Part shown: positions 47,107 to 61,109 of the stretch, piece by piece | Layout: each line of letters begins with the position of its first letter | Position numbering within the stretch: position 1 is the stretch's first letter | Notes under the pieces: generated by a model | The model's input: the letters and a program-made list of their open reading frames with translations, nothing else | The model's database searches: none | Told to the model about the DNA's origin: nothing | Made by a program: the position numbers and the translations under genes | From: Escherichia virus TH15 | DNA: 64,000 bases | Reading direction: 5' to 3' (one strand) | Sequence record: MT446392.1

Positions 47107-49086
47107 TTATTGTGGCCCAATCAGCTCATCAAAATCAGCACCAGTGCTTGTGGCTACGAAATTAAGCGTGATGTAGTTGATGCTGCGCGCAGGTTTAAAA
47201 TAAATGCTAGCAACAAACTCATTTCGGTCTATGACCGACGGGGTGTTGTTAGTAGTATCACAAACCACACGACCTTCATAAATGCCACCAAGCGCGCGAA
47301 TACCATCCAAGTATTGAGAAGTTTCCATACGGAATGATGCACGAGTGAAGTTATCGTTAAGCTCAAACAGTTTATATTTGGATGCGTCACCGATATTTTT
47401 CTTCAGCATATTCGTAAGACGGCGAACGTTAATATGGTCCATCGGAGATGGAACTTTAGTTGCAGTCTTATCACCATACAGAACAAAACCATCACCACCT
47501 GCGAAACCAACAACCGGGTTGATAGCTTCTTGATACATGCGGTCACGCTGGGTCTGACGAGGTTCAACAGCCAATTTCAGAACGTTCAAAATCTGACCAC
47601 GGTTATAACCAGCCGGAGACATCCAAGGCTGAGAAACATCATCAGTACGAGCACACAGACCAGCCATATCAGCTGCCAGAGGAACCCAACGGTTAACGTC
47701 GTTATATTTATCATACTGATATTTATAGTTGCCATCAATCGCTGCATAAGTCGTGCTGATATTCATGTTATCAGTATCGAATGTACCACCGCCTGTACGC
47801 CAGTCAATCAGGTTATCCACTGCACGGGTCAGAGGAACATTAACCAACAGCCCTTTCGGAGGAGAAATGAATGCCAGACAATCCTGACGTTCGTCAGCAA
47901 TAGAAACTACGTGCTTCTGAACAGTGGAAGCAGTTGCATCACCTTCACCAGCTACTGCACCAGCAATAAGCAGGTTAATATGCAGAGCTTCACGGTCAGC
48001 GAACAGGTCCCAACCTTGCATCAAATCACCAGCAGTAATCTTATCGTTTGCAGAAATACCACCCGACAGATTGATAATACCGCTGAAGCCTACAGGCCAG
48101 TTACGAGATGTTGCATAGATGTAGTTGGAAGTACCTTTTGCAAAGTAGTCATCCAGGTAAATATTATTACCGTAAACATCTTTTTCGCCCTGCTTAGTAG
48201 ATAGAACAACGTTTTCGACGATTGCACCATCACGGCGAACGATAATTGCATATTGGTTTTCGGACTGGGGTCCATAGTTAAACAATGCACGAGCTACAGA
48301 AGCACGCGTACCACCACCAGGGAAAATATCCAGATTTGTAGTTGCACCTTTTTCGAATTCAGCTTTAGATACGATTTCAACTTCCAGAGTCGAACCAATT
48401 TCACCAGGATAAAGAGCAACAACACCTGGCATTGCATATTTGGCTAAAGATGCCTGGAATTCCAGAGAAGTAATTACTTCTTCACTGTTTTCTGCTTCGG
48501 TCAACAGAATACCTGAATCGGTAACAATTTTACCTACAGTGATTGTACCGGATACACCAGAAGAAGTGGTCGTAACTTCTGCAGTCCACGCACTACCCAA
48601 ATTAGGATACTGATTAATAGTTTTAGCAAATGCAATAATCTTATTGGTAGGAATAAAGATTGCCAGAATTTTACCATCAACATCAACCTTGGTCACACGG
48701 CCAGCTGGTTCAACGACCGTCTGGTTATGCTTAACCTGGATAACATCACCAACGGCATAGTTTGTACCCGCAGTAACGATGGTAGTTTCAATATTGCCGG
48801 CAACAGGGGATGCGTTTTTAGCTTCGTCGCGGTTAACAACACGTACAGTACGAAGGTCGTTACCATATTGCAGGAAGTTCATCCCACTCATAAAGTAATC
48901 TGCTGTTTCATTATTCGGACCACCAAACAAATCAACAAGTTCAACTTCGTTTGTAATCTGAGTTACCTGGAAAGCTGGGCCCCACTGGAATTTACCAACC
49001 AGCGCCGCACGACCCGTCGCGTTACGAACAACAGTGCTTTGGACCGTTGTTTCTTTGAGCTCAATGCCCGGGGATAATAAAGCCAT
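47107..49086 (-). CDS. 18: tail sheath protein
   Basis: 659-aa ORF, same length as T4 gp18; N-terminus ALLSPGIELKETTVQSTVV matches as recalled. Confidence 0.93.
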   Translation of the reverse strand: MALLSPGIELKETTVQSTVVRNATGRAALVGKFQWGPAFQVTQITNEVELVDLFGGPNNETADYFMSGMNFLQYGNDLRTVRVVNRDEAKNASPVAGNIETTIVTAGTNYAVGDVIQVKHNQTVVEPAGRVTKVDVDGKILAIFIPTNKIIAFAKTINQYPNLGSAWTAEVTTTSSGVSGTITVGKIVTDSGILLTEAENSEEVITSLEFQASLAKYAMPGVVALYPGEIGSTLEVEIVSKAEFEKGATTNLDIFPGGGTRASVARALFNYGPQSENQYAIIVRRDGAIVENVVLSTKQGEKDVYGNNIYLDDYFAKGTSNYIYATSRNWPVGFSGIINLSGGISANDKITAGDLMQGWDLFADREALHINLLIAGAVAGEGDATASTVQKHVVSIADERQDCLAFISPPKGLLVNVPLTRAVDNLIDWRTGGGTFDTDNMNISTTYAAIDGNYKYQYDKYNDVNRWVPLAADMAGLCARTDDVSQPWMSPAGYNRGQILNVLKLAVEPRQTQRDRMYQEAINPVVGFAGGDGFVLYGDKTATKVPSPMDHINVRRLTNMLKKNIGDASKYKLFELNDNFTRASFRMETSQYLDGIRALGGIYEGRVVCDTTNNTPSVIDRNEFVASIYFKPARSINYITLNFVATSTGADFDELIGPQ

Positions 49087-49118
49087 TTTGAGTCCTCTAA
49101 TAGTTTGCTTTACTTTAT

Positions 49119-51422
<2,304 letters not shown>

Positions 51423-51426
<4 letters not shown>

Positions 51427-52298
51427 AATGGTACCTTATTTTGTCGCGGTGCTGGGGGTGCCGGGTCAACCGGTACAGGAATATCCTGCGAATATGTTTG
51501 AATGGATTCACCTTGCCAGTCTTCTTGGTCAACGCCTCGTGGAACGGCTTCCGAGTCAACAGATTCGAAATTACCTTCCGGAGCAAGCTCTCTGGAATTT
51601 GCAAAGAAGTCAAGATAGATAGTACGGATTTCTCCGGCCACTTCTTTAACCGGTGGATATAACCAGCCGTTAACTTCGAACATAATAGACCATTCGAGTC
51701 TACGACGAGTCATTGCATCACCTTCAATTTGCTCATCCATAGCAATGGACTGAAGCACGATTCTTATATCACGTTCGAATGTAATTTCATTCGTGTAAAG
51801 TTCGGTGATAGTTGTATTAAAATGTGGCTGGAAGTATGGCATGATTTGTTCGATAATCTGGAACATATCATCTTGGTGCCTTGTATATATCCCAAGCTCA
51901 AAAATCATTTTGACCGGTACAGGAGAATATTGAGATATCTGCTTGCGAGGGTCGTTATTAGCAAATCGCGCCTGTGTGTGATTCTGGAGAGCCGTTTTAT
52001 ATTGCCCGTTATACATCAAGTCAACAAGATGTAAGTTCATACGGGGCAATACGGTCTCGATTTTAGCCTTCTGAGCAGCACGTTCTTGTGGTGACATGTC
52101 AGGAGTCGGTGTATTCTGAATTGCGGTCCATTTTCCAAGCTGCATCATGAATTTTTCTTTTGATGCATAGGAAATAGGGACCTTAATATATTTAAGTCCA
52201 GTGTCTTCTCTGGTTCTGGCCACTTGTACATGGGAAAATAAATCGCCCATTAAAACGATATAGCGACGCAGAGACGAATTATAAAAATGCCCAAACAA
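51423..52298 (-). CDS. 15: tail sheath stabiliser / tail terminator
   Basis: 291-aa ORF; N-terminus [13 protein letters not shown] resembles T4 gp15. Confidence 0.85.
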
Positions 52299-52341
52299 AG
52301 TAACCTCCAGGCGCCCAGTTCGGGCGCATTAATAAATGTAT

Positions 52342-53127
52342 TTATTCATCAAAGAAACTATCGTCAAAGCTATCCTGTTTTGCCTTAGGCGGTGACTCGA
52401 GCCCTCGTCCATTCTGCACAAAATATGGTTTAACATATTCAGCTGCTTCTGCATTAATCTCATCAGATTCTGCATAAGGGATATCACTGATATCTGTAAG
52501 GCCATCGATATTGTGGATTGGTTGCAAATCGAGCTCACTGAATTCTGGAATATTAATACCTTCATTTCGTTGCAATTCAGGTTTAAGCTCTTCTCCGGAG
52601 TAAATGTATTTGCTCGCGGTGATTTTACGGATGGCGTTTTGACCTACCTGATAGAACGGGTCATAAGGCTGTACCCAGGTTATTTCGAACAGACTGTTAT
52701 CGAGAGGGAAATAAATCAAATCCCCTGCAATAGGTTCGGTGCCGTTGCATTGATGTTTAAACAGATTAGGGTTAATCGACACTGTGATTTCATCATTCAC
52801 AGTCATACCAAATTTACTGAAGATGGAACCATCACCCTGATAAGCATCGAACGTATCCAGATAACCAGCAAATTTCCATGCTTTATCAAATTTGCTCTGG
52901 AGGTCTTCGCCGAATAACAAATCTGGTTTAACGAATTGTCTTGGGATGTAATAGAGAGACATTCCGCGCATCTGAATACTTTCAGCAACAATAGCATCGG
53001 CTAAAGTCTGGGTATTTTCATGATGCATAAAGTTTACATAAGGGTTCAATATCTCTGTGGCATTGGTATTGTCATACCCGGTCCCGTCTTCGAGCCGGGC
53101 GAATAAGTTCGCGTCATATGTAGCCAT
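52342..53127 (-). CDS. 14: neck protein
   Basis: 261-aa ORF (T4 gp14 256 aa); synteny. Confidence 0.85.
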   Translation of the reverse strand: MATYDANLFARLEDGTGYDNTNATEILNPYVNFMHHENTQTLADAIVAESIQMRGMSLYYIPRQFVKPDLLFGEDLQSKFDKAWKFAGYLDTFDAYQGDGSIFSKFGMTVNDEITVSINPNLFKHQCNGTEPIAGDLIYFPLDNSLFEITWVQPYDPFYQVGQNAIRKITASKYIYSGEELKPELQRNEGINIPEFSELDLQPIHNIDGLTDISDIPYAESDEINAEAAEYVKPYFVQNGRGLESPPKAKQDSFDDSFFDE

Positions 53128-54065
53128 TAGCCCACCAATATAGGAGTCGGTGCATCCAGCAGGTCAAGTTCTTCGCGGAGACGTTCTTTTTCCATACGAG
53201 CTTCTTCGATTAAACGAACACCATCGACCGTAACTCCACCTGGCATCATCATCCCTTGGTGTTTAGCCAATACGTTGCCGTTAACTTCCTTAACAAGCGC
53301 CGTGGCATAGTCTTTCACCCAACGGTTGTTATATGCACCATCTTGAAGCCCAAGGTCCTCGCCAGCTCTCATACCGCTTATTCTGCGTGCCGGGTTATCC
53401 CACTGTGCACCGGCATTCCACGGATTATCACAATCAGCCGAGGTAAAACCATAACCAGCTGTATTGCCAACCATTGAATCCACACCGTTATATGATTTGG
53501 TATAAACTTCAATTACAATCACATCCCCTTGACGGAAGTTGCCCATAATTTTAAGTTGTTCGGTATCATCGTTATACCAGTAATCCGGAAGCGGAACCAT
53601 CAGGTCTTGCATCATCGAACGATATTGCATAAGCTGTGTAAAATAACCAAGGTCTGCACCAAAGGCATTTGGACCAAAGCTATTACATGAGCTACCCATC
53701 CCACCGTTAATCCCGGCAAGTCCCAGAACGAAATCTGTAAACCATGGATATGTGGCTTGCCCGTCCATTGAAGTTAATGAACCGACGTTAGTACGAATAA
53801 TCTGCGTTACTGCAAAAATATTACGTCCTTTTAAATCGAAAACACCATCGCGGAATTTCTGTTGTGAAACTTCATCATGACCGATATAAAAAGCCTGATA
53901 ACCTTTGTTATATCCATTATAATGATATTCACCGTATAATTCTAATGCACGCTGGATGCAATCATAGACTTGGTCGGTCGTAACTTCGATATTCGTGATT
54001 GGAGCACCAAGACGACGAAGGATTGCATCTTTTAATTGTTTCGGGTTGTATGATTCAGTTGCCAT
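53127..54065 (-). CDS. 13: neck protein
   Basis: 312-aa ORF (T4 gp13 309 aa); late promoter TATAAATA on - strand at 54085-54092. Confidence 0.85.
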   Translation of the reverse strand: MATESYNPKQLKDAILRRLGAPITNIEVTTDQVYDCIQRALELYGEYHYNGYNKGYQAFYIGHDEVSQQKFRDGVFDLKGRNIFAVTQIIRTNVGSLTSMDGQATYPWFTDFVLGLAGINGGMGSSCNSFGPNAFGADLGYFTQLMQYRSMMQDLMVPLPDYWYNDDTEQLKIMGNFRQGDVIVIEVYTKSYNGVDSMVGNTAGYGFTSADCDNPWNAGAQWDNPARRISGMRAGEDLGLQDGAYNNRWVKDYATALVKEVNGNVLAKHQGMMMPGGVTVDGVRLIEEARMEKERLREELDLLDAPTPILVG

Positions 54066-54093
54066 ATGTTTTCCTCTTTACTGTATTTATACG

Positions 54094-54116
54094 AAAAAAG
54101 GGCCGAAGCCCTTTTG
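54094..54116 (-). terminator. rho-independent terminator after wac (GGGCUUCGGCCC on - strand)
   Basis: Same hairpin as at 5971-5982 and 19510-19521, here in reverse orientation with U-run on - strand. Confidence 0.7.
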
Positions 54117-56141
54117 TTATGGTCCAACAGTCACGAATGTAGACAAAAGAACCCATGCATTATCAACAAGCACGTAAGGGAGACCATCAGCCGCAGGAGC
54201 GACAGGAGGCCTTTTGGTGAGCTCTGTTTCCAAGGCTGATACTTTACCTTCCAAAGTAGTTATCTTCGTCTCGGCTGCATCCAGGCGACCAGGGAGCGGA
54301 GTTACTGTACCTTCAAGAGTTGTCACACGATCAGTTAACGGTGTAATTTTTGCAGTATCGAGTTTAATTGCAGTGATTTCCCCTTCCGCCGAAGTCATTC
54401 GACCGGTCAAGGTTACCAAACCGCCTTTGTTTGTTTCGATATTTGCTTTAATGGTAACCAGCTCACCTTCAACATTGCTAACGTCTAAAGCTAAAGCAGT
54501 GACATCATCATCGGTCGTAGATGTTTTAGTTTCCAATGCGGTTATTTTACCATCAACAGTCGTATCCTTCGTTTCTAATGCAGTAATTCGACCATCTTGT
54601 TCCGTATCTTTATTTTGCAGAGCGAGAACATCTGCCTTAATATTCGTAACGGAAGTGTTCAATGCACCATAACGAGTATCTAACGAACTGATTGCCGTAT
54701 CATTATCATCGACACGACCAGTTAATGTTGTTACGCGTCCATCAGTTGTTACCAATGAAGCTTTAACTGCATCAACTTCGGTTGTGGAATCGATAATTTC
54801 AGACCAGGCACCTTGCTTGCGACCGTATAACTTGTTGTCCAATGGCGCATCGTTCAACTTGGATGCCATCAACATATCCAAGTTAATTACGACTGGAAGA
54901 ACACCACGTTCAGCCACAGTAGCACCGTTAGGGTTAGTCCCGTTCATCTGGCTAGTTAAAGTCAAAATAGAACCTTTCATACCAGTGCTATTTGTACCAA
55001 TTTCAGCCTGCACATCCTGAAGACCTGATGCAGTTTCATTAGCCAGCGTAGTGGTTGCATTCAACTTATACGTGATGGTGTTTGGCTCCGGAGATTGCTC
55101 TGTACCGATTCTCTGAGAAAGCCATGCAGTGGTCCCGCGTAAACCGGAGCTTGAATCCTGACCAACAACAGCCTGCAATCCATTAACATCCGAGCGCAAA
55201 GCACTGATTCGACCATTAATTGTTAATGGTTCCAGAGCGGTGCCGATATCAGCTTCGACCTTAGTAAGTCTTGGTTTGATATTCGCAATATCTGTTTCAT
55301 TGACCGAAACACGCCCACCAAGATTTTCAACGCGAGTTGTAATTGCAAGCCCGGTACCAAAACCGATAGCTTCTTGAATATTGGTAATATCTTCGTCAAT
55401 TTCGACTACTTTGTCATCAAGAGTATTCAGTCGAACAAATACAGCCGGTTTACCTACTGCTAAAGTCGACTCACCCAATTCTTCGCGAATTTTAATTACT
55501 TTTACGTTAAGAGAACCAACATCAGAATCATGGTAATTATCCTCAAGAGTCTTAATACGAACTCCATGGGCAACAATAGCCGAACTGTTATCGAGGATAC
55601 GACGTTTCATGCCTTTTGACGGATTACCAATAACCTGTAGACCATTTATATCCTGGTCAACATACTGACCCAATTCATTTTTAATCCATACAAGGTCATT
55701 ACGAACTGTGCGATAATACGAATCGGTTAACGGGTCATAAACACCAACATCTTCTTTTAACTTTGTAAGACCTTCGGATGTTTCGCTTGACAGCAATTCG
55801 GTATTAAATTGACGTTCATCAAGGTCAAGAATATCCGTACGGTTTTTTTCAATTTGCTTAACAACTTCCGTGTTAGTTGTTATATCCAAAGCTTCCTGGA
55901 TATTATTGACGTTATCAATAATTTCATTGATTTTTTCTTTAGATGTATTTGAGTTGTCGTCGAGTGTATCTACGTTTATTTGAACGCCAACCGCGGCGGC
56001 GTTCAAATTACCATCATGACCATATTTGGTACTGGCCGCAGTCATACAATCGCCGTTTTGTATCCAACGAATTCTCTGTTGACCTTCGTCTGGAATACCG
56101 ATGCTATACGGCAGTTCTTTGAGACTGAGTTTATTAATCAT
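54117..56141 (-). CDS. wac: fibritin (whisker / neck fibre), extended coiled coil
   Basis: 674-aa ORF; heptad-repeat-rich; C-terminal foldon-like ...PYVLVDNAWVLLSTFV; T4 fibritin is 487 aa. Confidence 0.85.
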   Translation of the reverse strand: MINKLSLKELPYSIGIPDEGQQRIRWIQNGDCMTAASTKYGHDGNLNAAAVGVQINVDTLDDNSNTSKEKINEIIDNVNNIQEALDITTNTEVVKQIEKNRTDILDLDERQFNTELLSSETSEGLTKLKEDVGVYDPLTDSYYRTVRNDLVWIKNELGQYVDQDINGLQVIGNPSKGMKRRILDNSSAIVAHGVRIKTLEDNYHDSDVGSLNVKVIKIREELGESTLAVGKPAVFVRLNTLDDKVVEIDEDITNIQEAIGFGTGLAITTRVENLGGRVSVNETDIANIKPRLTKVEADIGTALEPLTINGRISALRSDVNGLQAVVGQDSSSGLRGTTAWLSQRIGTEQSPEPNTITYKLNATTTLANETASGLQDVQAEIGTNSTGMKGSILTLTSQMNGTNPNGATVAERGVLPVVINLDMLMASKLNDAPLDNKLYGRKQGAWSEIIDSTTEVDAVKASLVTTDGRVTTLTGRVDDNDTAISSLDTRYGALNTSVTNIKADVLALQNKDTEQDGRITALETKDTTVDGKITALETKTSTTDDDVTALALDVSNVEGELVTIKANIETNKGGLVTLTGRMTSAEGEITAIKLDTAKITPLTDRVTTLEGTVTPLPGRLDAAETKITTLEGKVSALETELTKRPPVAPAADGLPYVLVDNAWVLLSTFVTVGP

Positions 56142-56149
56142 TTTGGTCC

Positions 56150-57700
56150 TTAATAGTGAACTTTAATAATATAGTTTAAAGACATATTCCAAGGTCTTGT
56201 TTCATATCCGATAAGGCCTTCACGGTTTAACGTTCCGAGAGAATCACGACCACCACCTAATTCAAATCCATCATTTGTGAAATACGAAGCATTATCCCAG
56301 TCTGAATATTTTCTGGTACCAAGATAACCTTGATAAACTGACGCACCAAATGGAGCTTCATTGCGTTGATATTCGCCCCAACCTCCGGCGTGTTTGTGAT
56401 AAGACATCTGCTGAGCTTGTACACCACCGACCCAAGAACCATCACAACCAACACCCAAGCGGTCTTTACCATAACCATCTTGACCCCGGTTATTCAGAAT
56501 ATGACCGCCTGTACCTGCGCCACGAACGAATAAGCCGCGCATATCAGGAACGCCAGGGTTATTCCAGTCACCACCAAAACGAGCCCCAACAGTATTTCGA
56601 TAGTCAGGGAATTGGTCGCCATTAACAGTACCACCATGACACATAATCCAACCAGGAGGAGCGCTATCACCTGCAAACATCATCACGGTTCCGACAGGAA
56701 CACGTTCGGAAGCATAACGCTGTGTAGAAAGTAATTGACCGCCCATATGAGCCGTAGTGGAGTCAAAATTGCCAGTGGAAATATAATCTAAAGAAAGACT
56801 TCCATTAATTCGTTGACCACCTCGAGTGTTAATTACATCTGCGTTCCAAGCCAGGGCTCCAGCTCCATCACCACCAGGAGCAATCCCAGCCTGAGTAGTT
56901 AATCTAACGACGCCACGAATATCGGTTGTAGCACCACGACCATTAAGAGTTGCACCAGTTACCGCAACACCATCAGCACTGTTATTGATTTCTGACTGAT
57001 TACCCAGACGAATAATCCCTGCGCGGTCTTGTGTTGCTGTACGAGCATTTAAACCAGCCGGAGAAATCGCCACGCCGTCACCCAGAGTTCCTGCTTGTAC
57101 TTCAGCATTTGTAGCAATTCGCACTAAACCGGAAACAGTTTGTGTAGCAGTTGAATAAGTCGGAAGAGCGGCGGTTGCTTTACCAATTGCCAGAGCAACT
57201 TTCAACGGAGACATGGCGGTTGTGTCGTCTGTACCAGCTAAAGCTGCATCTTCGGTGCTAATACGAAGAACACCCAGATTATTTTCGGTACCGACACGAA
57301 CAGTAAAAACATCATCAATTGTTGCTTTTAATGAAGATGGAACAATAGCTGCATCGGTTACTGTCCCTGCTATTGCTTCGGCATTAGTTGCATAACGGGT
57401 AATACCTACATAAGTTTCGGTAGCTTGTGTAGGGATGTCTAAACGAGCTTTTAAGGTCGCCGGAGTAACAGCAGAGTCTGGACTAATACCATCAATAACT
57501 TCTTGTGTGGTGGCTAGTCTGATGAGTCCTGCGGTCGTTTCGGAAGAGGCTGGGATATATCCATCTAACGCAATTTTATTAAGAGACCCCAAAGCCTCTT
57601 GTACGTTGGTAACAGTCGACGGGAAAGCTGTTCCCGTCGGGTCGAATGTTTTATATTCGGATTTATCGCTAATGTGTTTTAGCGTGTTAGTCGTTGTCAT
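56150..57700 (-). CDS. 12: short tail fibre
   Basis: 516-aa ORF (T4 gp12 527 aa); C-terminal receptor-binding region resembles gp12. Confidence 0.88.
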   Translation of the reverse strand: MTTTNTLKHISDKSEYKTFDPTGTAFPSTVTNVQEALGSLNKIALDGYIPASSETTAGLIRLATTQEVIDGISPDSAVTPATLKARLDIPTQATETYVGITRYATNAEAIAGTVTDAAIVPSSLKATIDDVFTVRVGTENNLGVLRISTEDAALAGTDDTTAMSPLKVALAIGKATAALPTYSTATQTVSGLVRIATNAEVQAGTLGDGVAISPAGLNARTATQDRAGIIRLGNQSEINNSADGVAVTGATLNGRGATTDIRGVVRLTTQAGIAPGGDGAGALAWNADVINTRGGQRINGSLSLDYISTGNFDSTTAHMGGQLLSTQRYASERVPVGTVMMFAGDSAPPGWIMCHGGTVNGDQFPDYRNTVGARFGGDWNNPGVPDMRGLFVRGAGTGGHILNNRGQDGYGKDRLGVGCDGSWVGGVQAQQMSYHKHAGGWGEYQRNEAPFGASVYQGYLGTRKYSDWDNASYFTNDGFELGGGRDSLGTLNREGLIGYETRPWNMSLNYIIKVHY

Positions 57701-58365
57701 TACGATACTCGCTTATAATGGTAAAGTGAAATTGCGCCATTTGCTGTGCCACCGGATAATGTCTGGGTTGAAGTTCCAAGATATTCCCAGGAACCATAAC
57801 CACCACGCGGTTGCTGTGTAATAGTCTGGCTAAGCGTACAACCATATTGAGCGAAAGGCGCAAAATTATGGTTTTGATAGTCGTTATATGTAATATTTAA
57901 TATAGACTGGTCCACACTATCAATTGCAGAGCTTGACACGATTAAACTATCAGCAACAGCCGTCAACAAAGCATCGTTAACCTTGGAAGCGACCAATACA
58001 GCTGAATCCCCAACAATAACCTCAACAGGAATACCAAAAATGAAAAATAAAACAGTATCACCGACCCCGGCACCAGAAATAGACCCGGTGAATTTAATTT
58101 TATCCGACTGGCTGATTGCTGCCGGAGAAAGGTTATTTGTATTAGTAATTACACTACCAACCGGAAGCTCATATCGAAACGCAATATCATCTATTGCGCT
58201 CTGAACTGTTGGGTAAAAAATACCTTCGGTTGTCTGTGTTGCGGATGGCCCACCGATTGCTCGTTGGCCCATCACAGCCGTAATATTTTTTGATGTATTT
58301 TGAAATTCTAAGTAACTAGCATGGCGGGAAATTACTCCAGCCTTTTTATTCGTTAATGTTTTCAT
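57700..58365 (-). CDS. 11: baseplate wedge / short-fibre attachment protein
   Basis: 221-aa ORF (T4 gp11 219 aa); synteny. Confidence 0.85.
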   Translation of the reverse strand: MKTLTNKKAGVISRHASYLEFQNTSKNITAVMGQRAIGGPSATQTTEGIFYPTVQSAIDDIAFRYELPVGSVITNTNNLSPAAISQSDKIKFTGSISGAGVGDTVLFFIFGIPVEVIVGDSAVLVASKVNDALLTAVADSLIVSSSAIDSVDQSILNITYNDYQNHNFAPFAQYGCTLSQTITQQPRGGYGSWEYLGTSTQTLSGGTANGAISLYHYKRVS

Positions 58366-60176
58366 TAAGCAATCCTTACCCAGCGATGAGCAATCAAATA
58401 TGGAGGCATTGTATAAACCGGTTGAGCTTGAGGGTCTTGTGCCTGATTAATGGTGGCTTTATCTTCTCTGTATTTGGTATAAGCTGGACCTTGTGCATCT
58501 GGGTCTACCTGACAACCACCGACGACAATTGGACCATTATCATCAACAACCAAAACTTTCTCATCAGTTTCAAGTTTAGGTACATTTATATCTTTAATAT
58601 GAACTTCAACGCTACCGCCTGTGCCACCTGCCGTCGCTTGTGGGTTACCACCAGAATCCAGGTCGTTATTGTTTGTATGGAAGTTTGAGGCAGGGTCATC
58701 CGACCAGGCAACAATTACGCGTTCTTTAAGACGTTTCCATGAACCAAACCCCATATAAGTAACCGGGTTATTTGGGTTAACCGTATTTTCGTAAATTGTA
58801 CCAACAGGGTAGAATAATTCAAAGATAGCACCAACAGAAGATGGAACAACTTCTTGAAGACCAACTGGCTCAACGTTCGGTGCAAATGGATTATCAAAAT
58901 CTGTAATACGTACACGACCGGTTAGGCTCAATGTATTTCCCTGAGAAACATAAAGAGTATCAGTCTCATCACGGATTTCATCCATGGTCATAGTTGTGCC
59001 GATATCGTTATTGTACCAAATGACCGACAGAATATCACCGTCTTCAAATTCACGATAAATGCTAATACCTTCAATACGGTTGTCATCATCAAATTGTAGC
59101 AAATAATCCTGGGTTGATTCGGACCAACTACCACCATTCGCACTACATTCCGCAGCAGTAGAACCTTGTGCACCTTCACAATAAAATACTGGAGTTCCTG
59201 CAGTACCGGCTTGATGTTGTAAAATACTGTTAATGAATACCTGACATGCGTTTGGGTTAATTGGACTACCTGGAGAAATACCAAGTTCTTCAATTGTAAA
59301 TGTGTGTTTGGATGTCAAATCTGTAACAATCAAAGAACCATTAATTGTTGTTTCTTTAGTCCTGTCCTGGCTACGAACAAGTACATCACGGCGGTTATAT
59401 GAACTACGCCATTGAGCAATACCATCATTAAATGTTCGGATGATAACCGTATCACCTTCAGCACATGGCATTTTTAGACGGATACTTTTACCGTCAAGCG
59501 CAACAATTTCACCGGGGTTTGCACCCGGGGAACCGAATTCAGCATTCGCCGGGTCAAAAATATCGTCTTTACCATAAAACAAGTCGTTACCACGATGTTT
59601 GACTTCTAAGTTCGATACACTATACGGAATAGCACCAAAAACGTTGATAAAGTCAGTTTGACCTTCAGTTGCAATAAACTGTTGGGATGCAACTGTGGCA
59701 ACGTCGTTATTTGAAATTTTATCGACTTGTTTATTATCAATATATTCCCAGCGACCTGGTGAACAATATACAAGTTCGAGGTCAGCCAAGTTGCGTTTAA
59801 TTTCTACTGGGTTTGGTGAGCCTTTAATTGTATCCCCGACTGCAGGAACAATTGTCACTGGGTTGATTTGCCATGTAGCAAACACATCACGCAAACGAAT
59901 TACATAATTGTATTCTTGAGTTGTCCCTTTCGGAAGGACAACTCGAACTGCGCCAGCTGATGTATCGATGGTATAGCTTCGACCCATAACAGCAGACAAC
60001 TCGGTGCCTTCTTGCGTAGTCCAGGTTTTCCATGCCCCGGCCGCGTGAGGATTTTCACCGTCACCCAGCTGATAATAAAGGTCATCAAAGTTATTGTTTA
60101 TTTTTTGACCACCGAGACGAAGGTAATCACCAGTACCATCATCAACCATATTGCCAATTTTTAAATTCTGTTTCAT
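58365..60176 (-). CDS. 10: baseplate wedge protein
   Basis: 603-aa ORF (T4 gp10 602 aa); synteny. Confidence 0.88.
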   Translation of the reverse strand: MKQNLKIGNMVDDGTGDYLRLGGQKINNNFDDLYYQLGDGENPHAAGAWKTWTTQEGTELSAVMGRSYTIDTSAGAVRVVLPKGTTQEYNYVIRLRDVFATWQINPVTIVPAVGDTIKGSPNPVEIKRNLADLELVYCSPGRWEYIDNKQVDKISNNDVATVASQQFIATEGQTDFINVFGAIPYSVSNLEVKHRGNDLFYGKDDIFDPANAEFGSPGANPGEIVALDGKSIRLKMPCAEGDTVIIRTFNDGIAQWRSSYNRRDVLVRSQDRTKETTINGSLIVTDLTSKHTFTIEELGISPGSPINPNACQVFINSILQHQAGTAGTPVFYCEGAQGSTAAECSANGGSWSESTQDYLLQFDDDNRIEGISIYREFEDGDILSVIWYNNDIGTTMTMDEIRDETDTLYVSQGNTLSLTGRVRITDFDNPFAPNVEPVGLQEVVPSSVGAIFELFYPVGTIYENTVNPNNPVTYMGFGSWKRLKERVIVAWSDDPASNFHTNNNDLDSGGNPQATAGGTGGSVEVHIKDINVPKLETDEKVLVVDDNGPIVVGGCQVDPDAQGPAYTKYREDKATINQAQDPQAQPVYTMPPYLIAHRWVRIA

Positions 60177-61045
60177 TATACCGGTACTCCGATTGTTTGG
60201 GCGGAAATTACTTTAATAGCGAGCTTCATGGCAGTGGGTGAGCTTATAGCCGCCTGGATGATGTCCTGATTATCAATTCTAAAATCGATGGCGTATATCT
60301 CATCTTCTTCACTAGCTTGTCCACGTCTGATTACAGCGTATTCTGTGCTATATACCTTGCGGTCTTTAAGGTCGATATAAAGTAATATTTCTGATGCTTT
60401 GTATTTAGTTTCGTCTGTTGAAATAGCTGTCAGCATCAATTTTATAGTTTTATAATCTGCACGGAAAGCGATTGGAATATCACGAACAACCGAGCTCATA
60501 TTATATGTTTTGTCGAGCAATACAGATTGGTTGCCAAACATACTTTCGATTTTGTAGTCCCAGGTCCCTACGCCGTTGGCATCGTCAATACACCACAATG
60601 TAATTTTTGTATAAGGTTGGGTAAATTTCATTTTGTTTGTTGCAGCGGTCAGGAACGAATCTGTGCCTTGCAGTTCAACTTCCAGTGGCATCGAGGTAGA
60701 TAATGAACCGTTGGAGTTAATAAAGATAATGCCTTCACCCGCTTTACCTTTTGCAATTCTTGCAGTAACAACTCCTTCTGCAGTATTGACATCACGCATA
60801 GAGCCGAGAGCAACAGTTGAGTTCCATTCGATGATATTTGTAGCTTTTTGATAGTAGCCAGTCGCATGAAGTACCTGGGAGTTTTCTCCATTGTTCACAG
60901 AGTACAGACGCTGGTCACCGAATGTATTATACAAACTGTCTAAATCCACGTTCAGTTTACGACCGCCTTCATATAGAATATCACCGGTGCTGGCGTTACC
61001 AATCTCGCCGATGTCTACTAATAATTTTGGGGTTTGATTAATCAT
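60176..61045 (-). CDS. 9: baseplate wedge / long tail fibre socket
   Basis: 289-aa ORF (T4 gp9 288 aa); late promoter TATAAATA on - strand at 61073-61080. Confidence 0.88.
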   Translation of the reverse strand: MINQTPKLLVDIGEIGNASTGDILYEGGRKLNVDLDSLYNTFGDQRLYSVNNGENSQVLHATGYYQKATNIIEWNSTVALGSMRDVNTAEGVVTARIAKGKAGEGIIFINSNGSLSTSMPLEVELQGTDSFLTAATNKMKFTQPYTKITLWCIDDANGVGTWDYKIESMFGNQSVLLDKTYNMSSVVRDIPIAFRADYKTIKLMLTAISTDETKYKASEILLYIDLKDRKVYSTEYAVIRRGQASEEDEIYAIDFRIDNQDIIQAAISSPTAMKLAIKVISAQTIGVPV

Positions 61046-61083
61046 AGGTAAGCCTCGTTATTGATATAGCTATATTTATAAAA

Positions 61084-61108
61084 TAAAAAAGGGACCCGAA
61101 GGTCCCTT
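61084..61108 (-). terminator. rho-independent terminator after gene 8 (GGGACCUUCGGGUCCC on - strand)
   Basis: Reverse complement of the 21973-21988 hairpin, U-run on - strand. Confidence 0.7.
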
Positions 61109-61109
61109 G

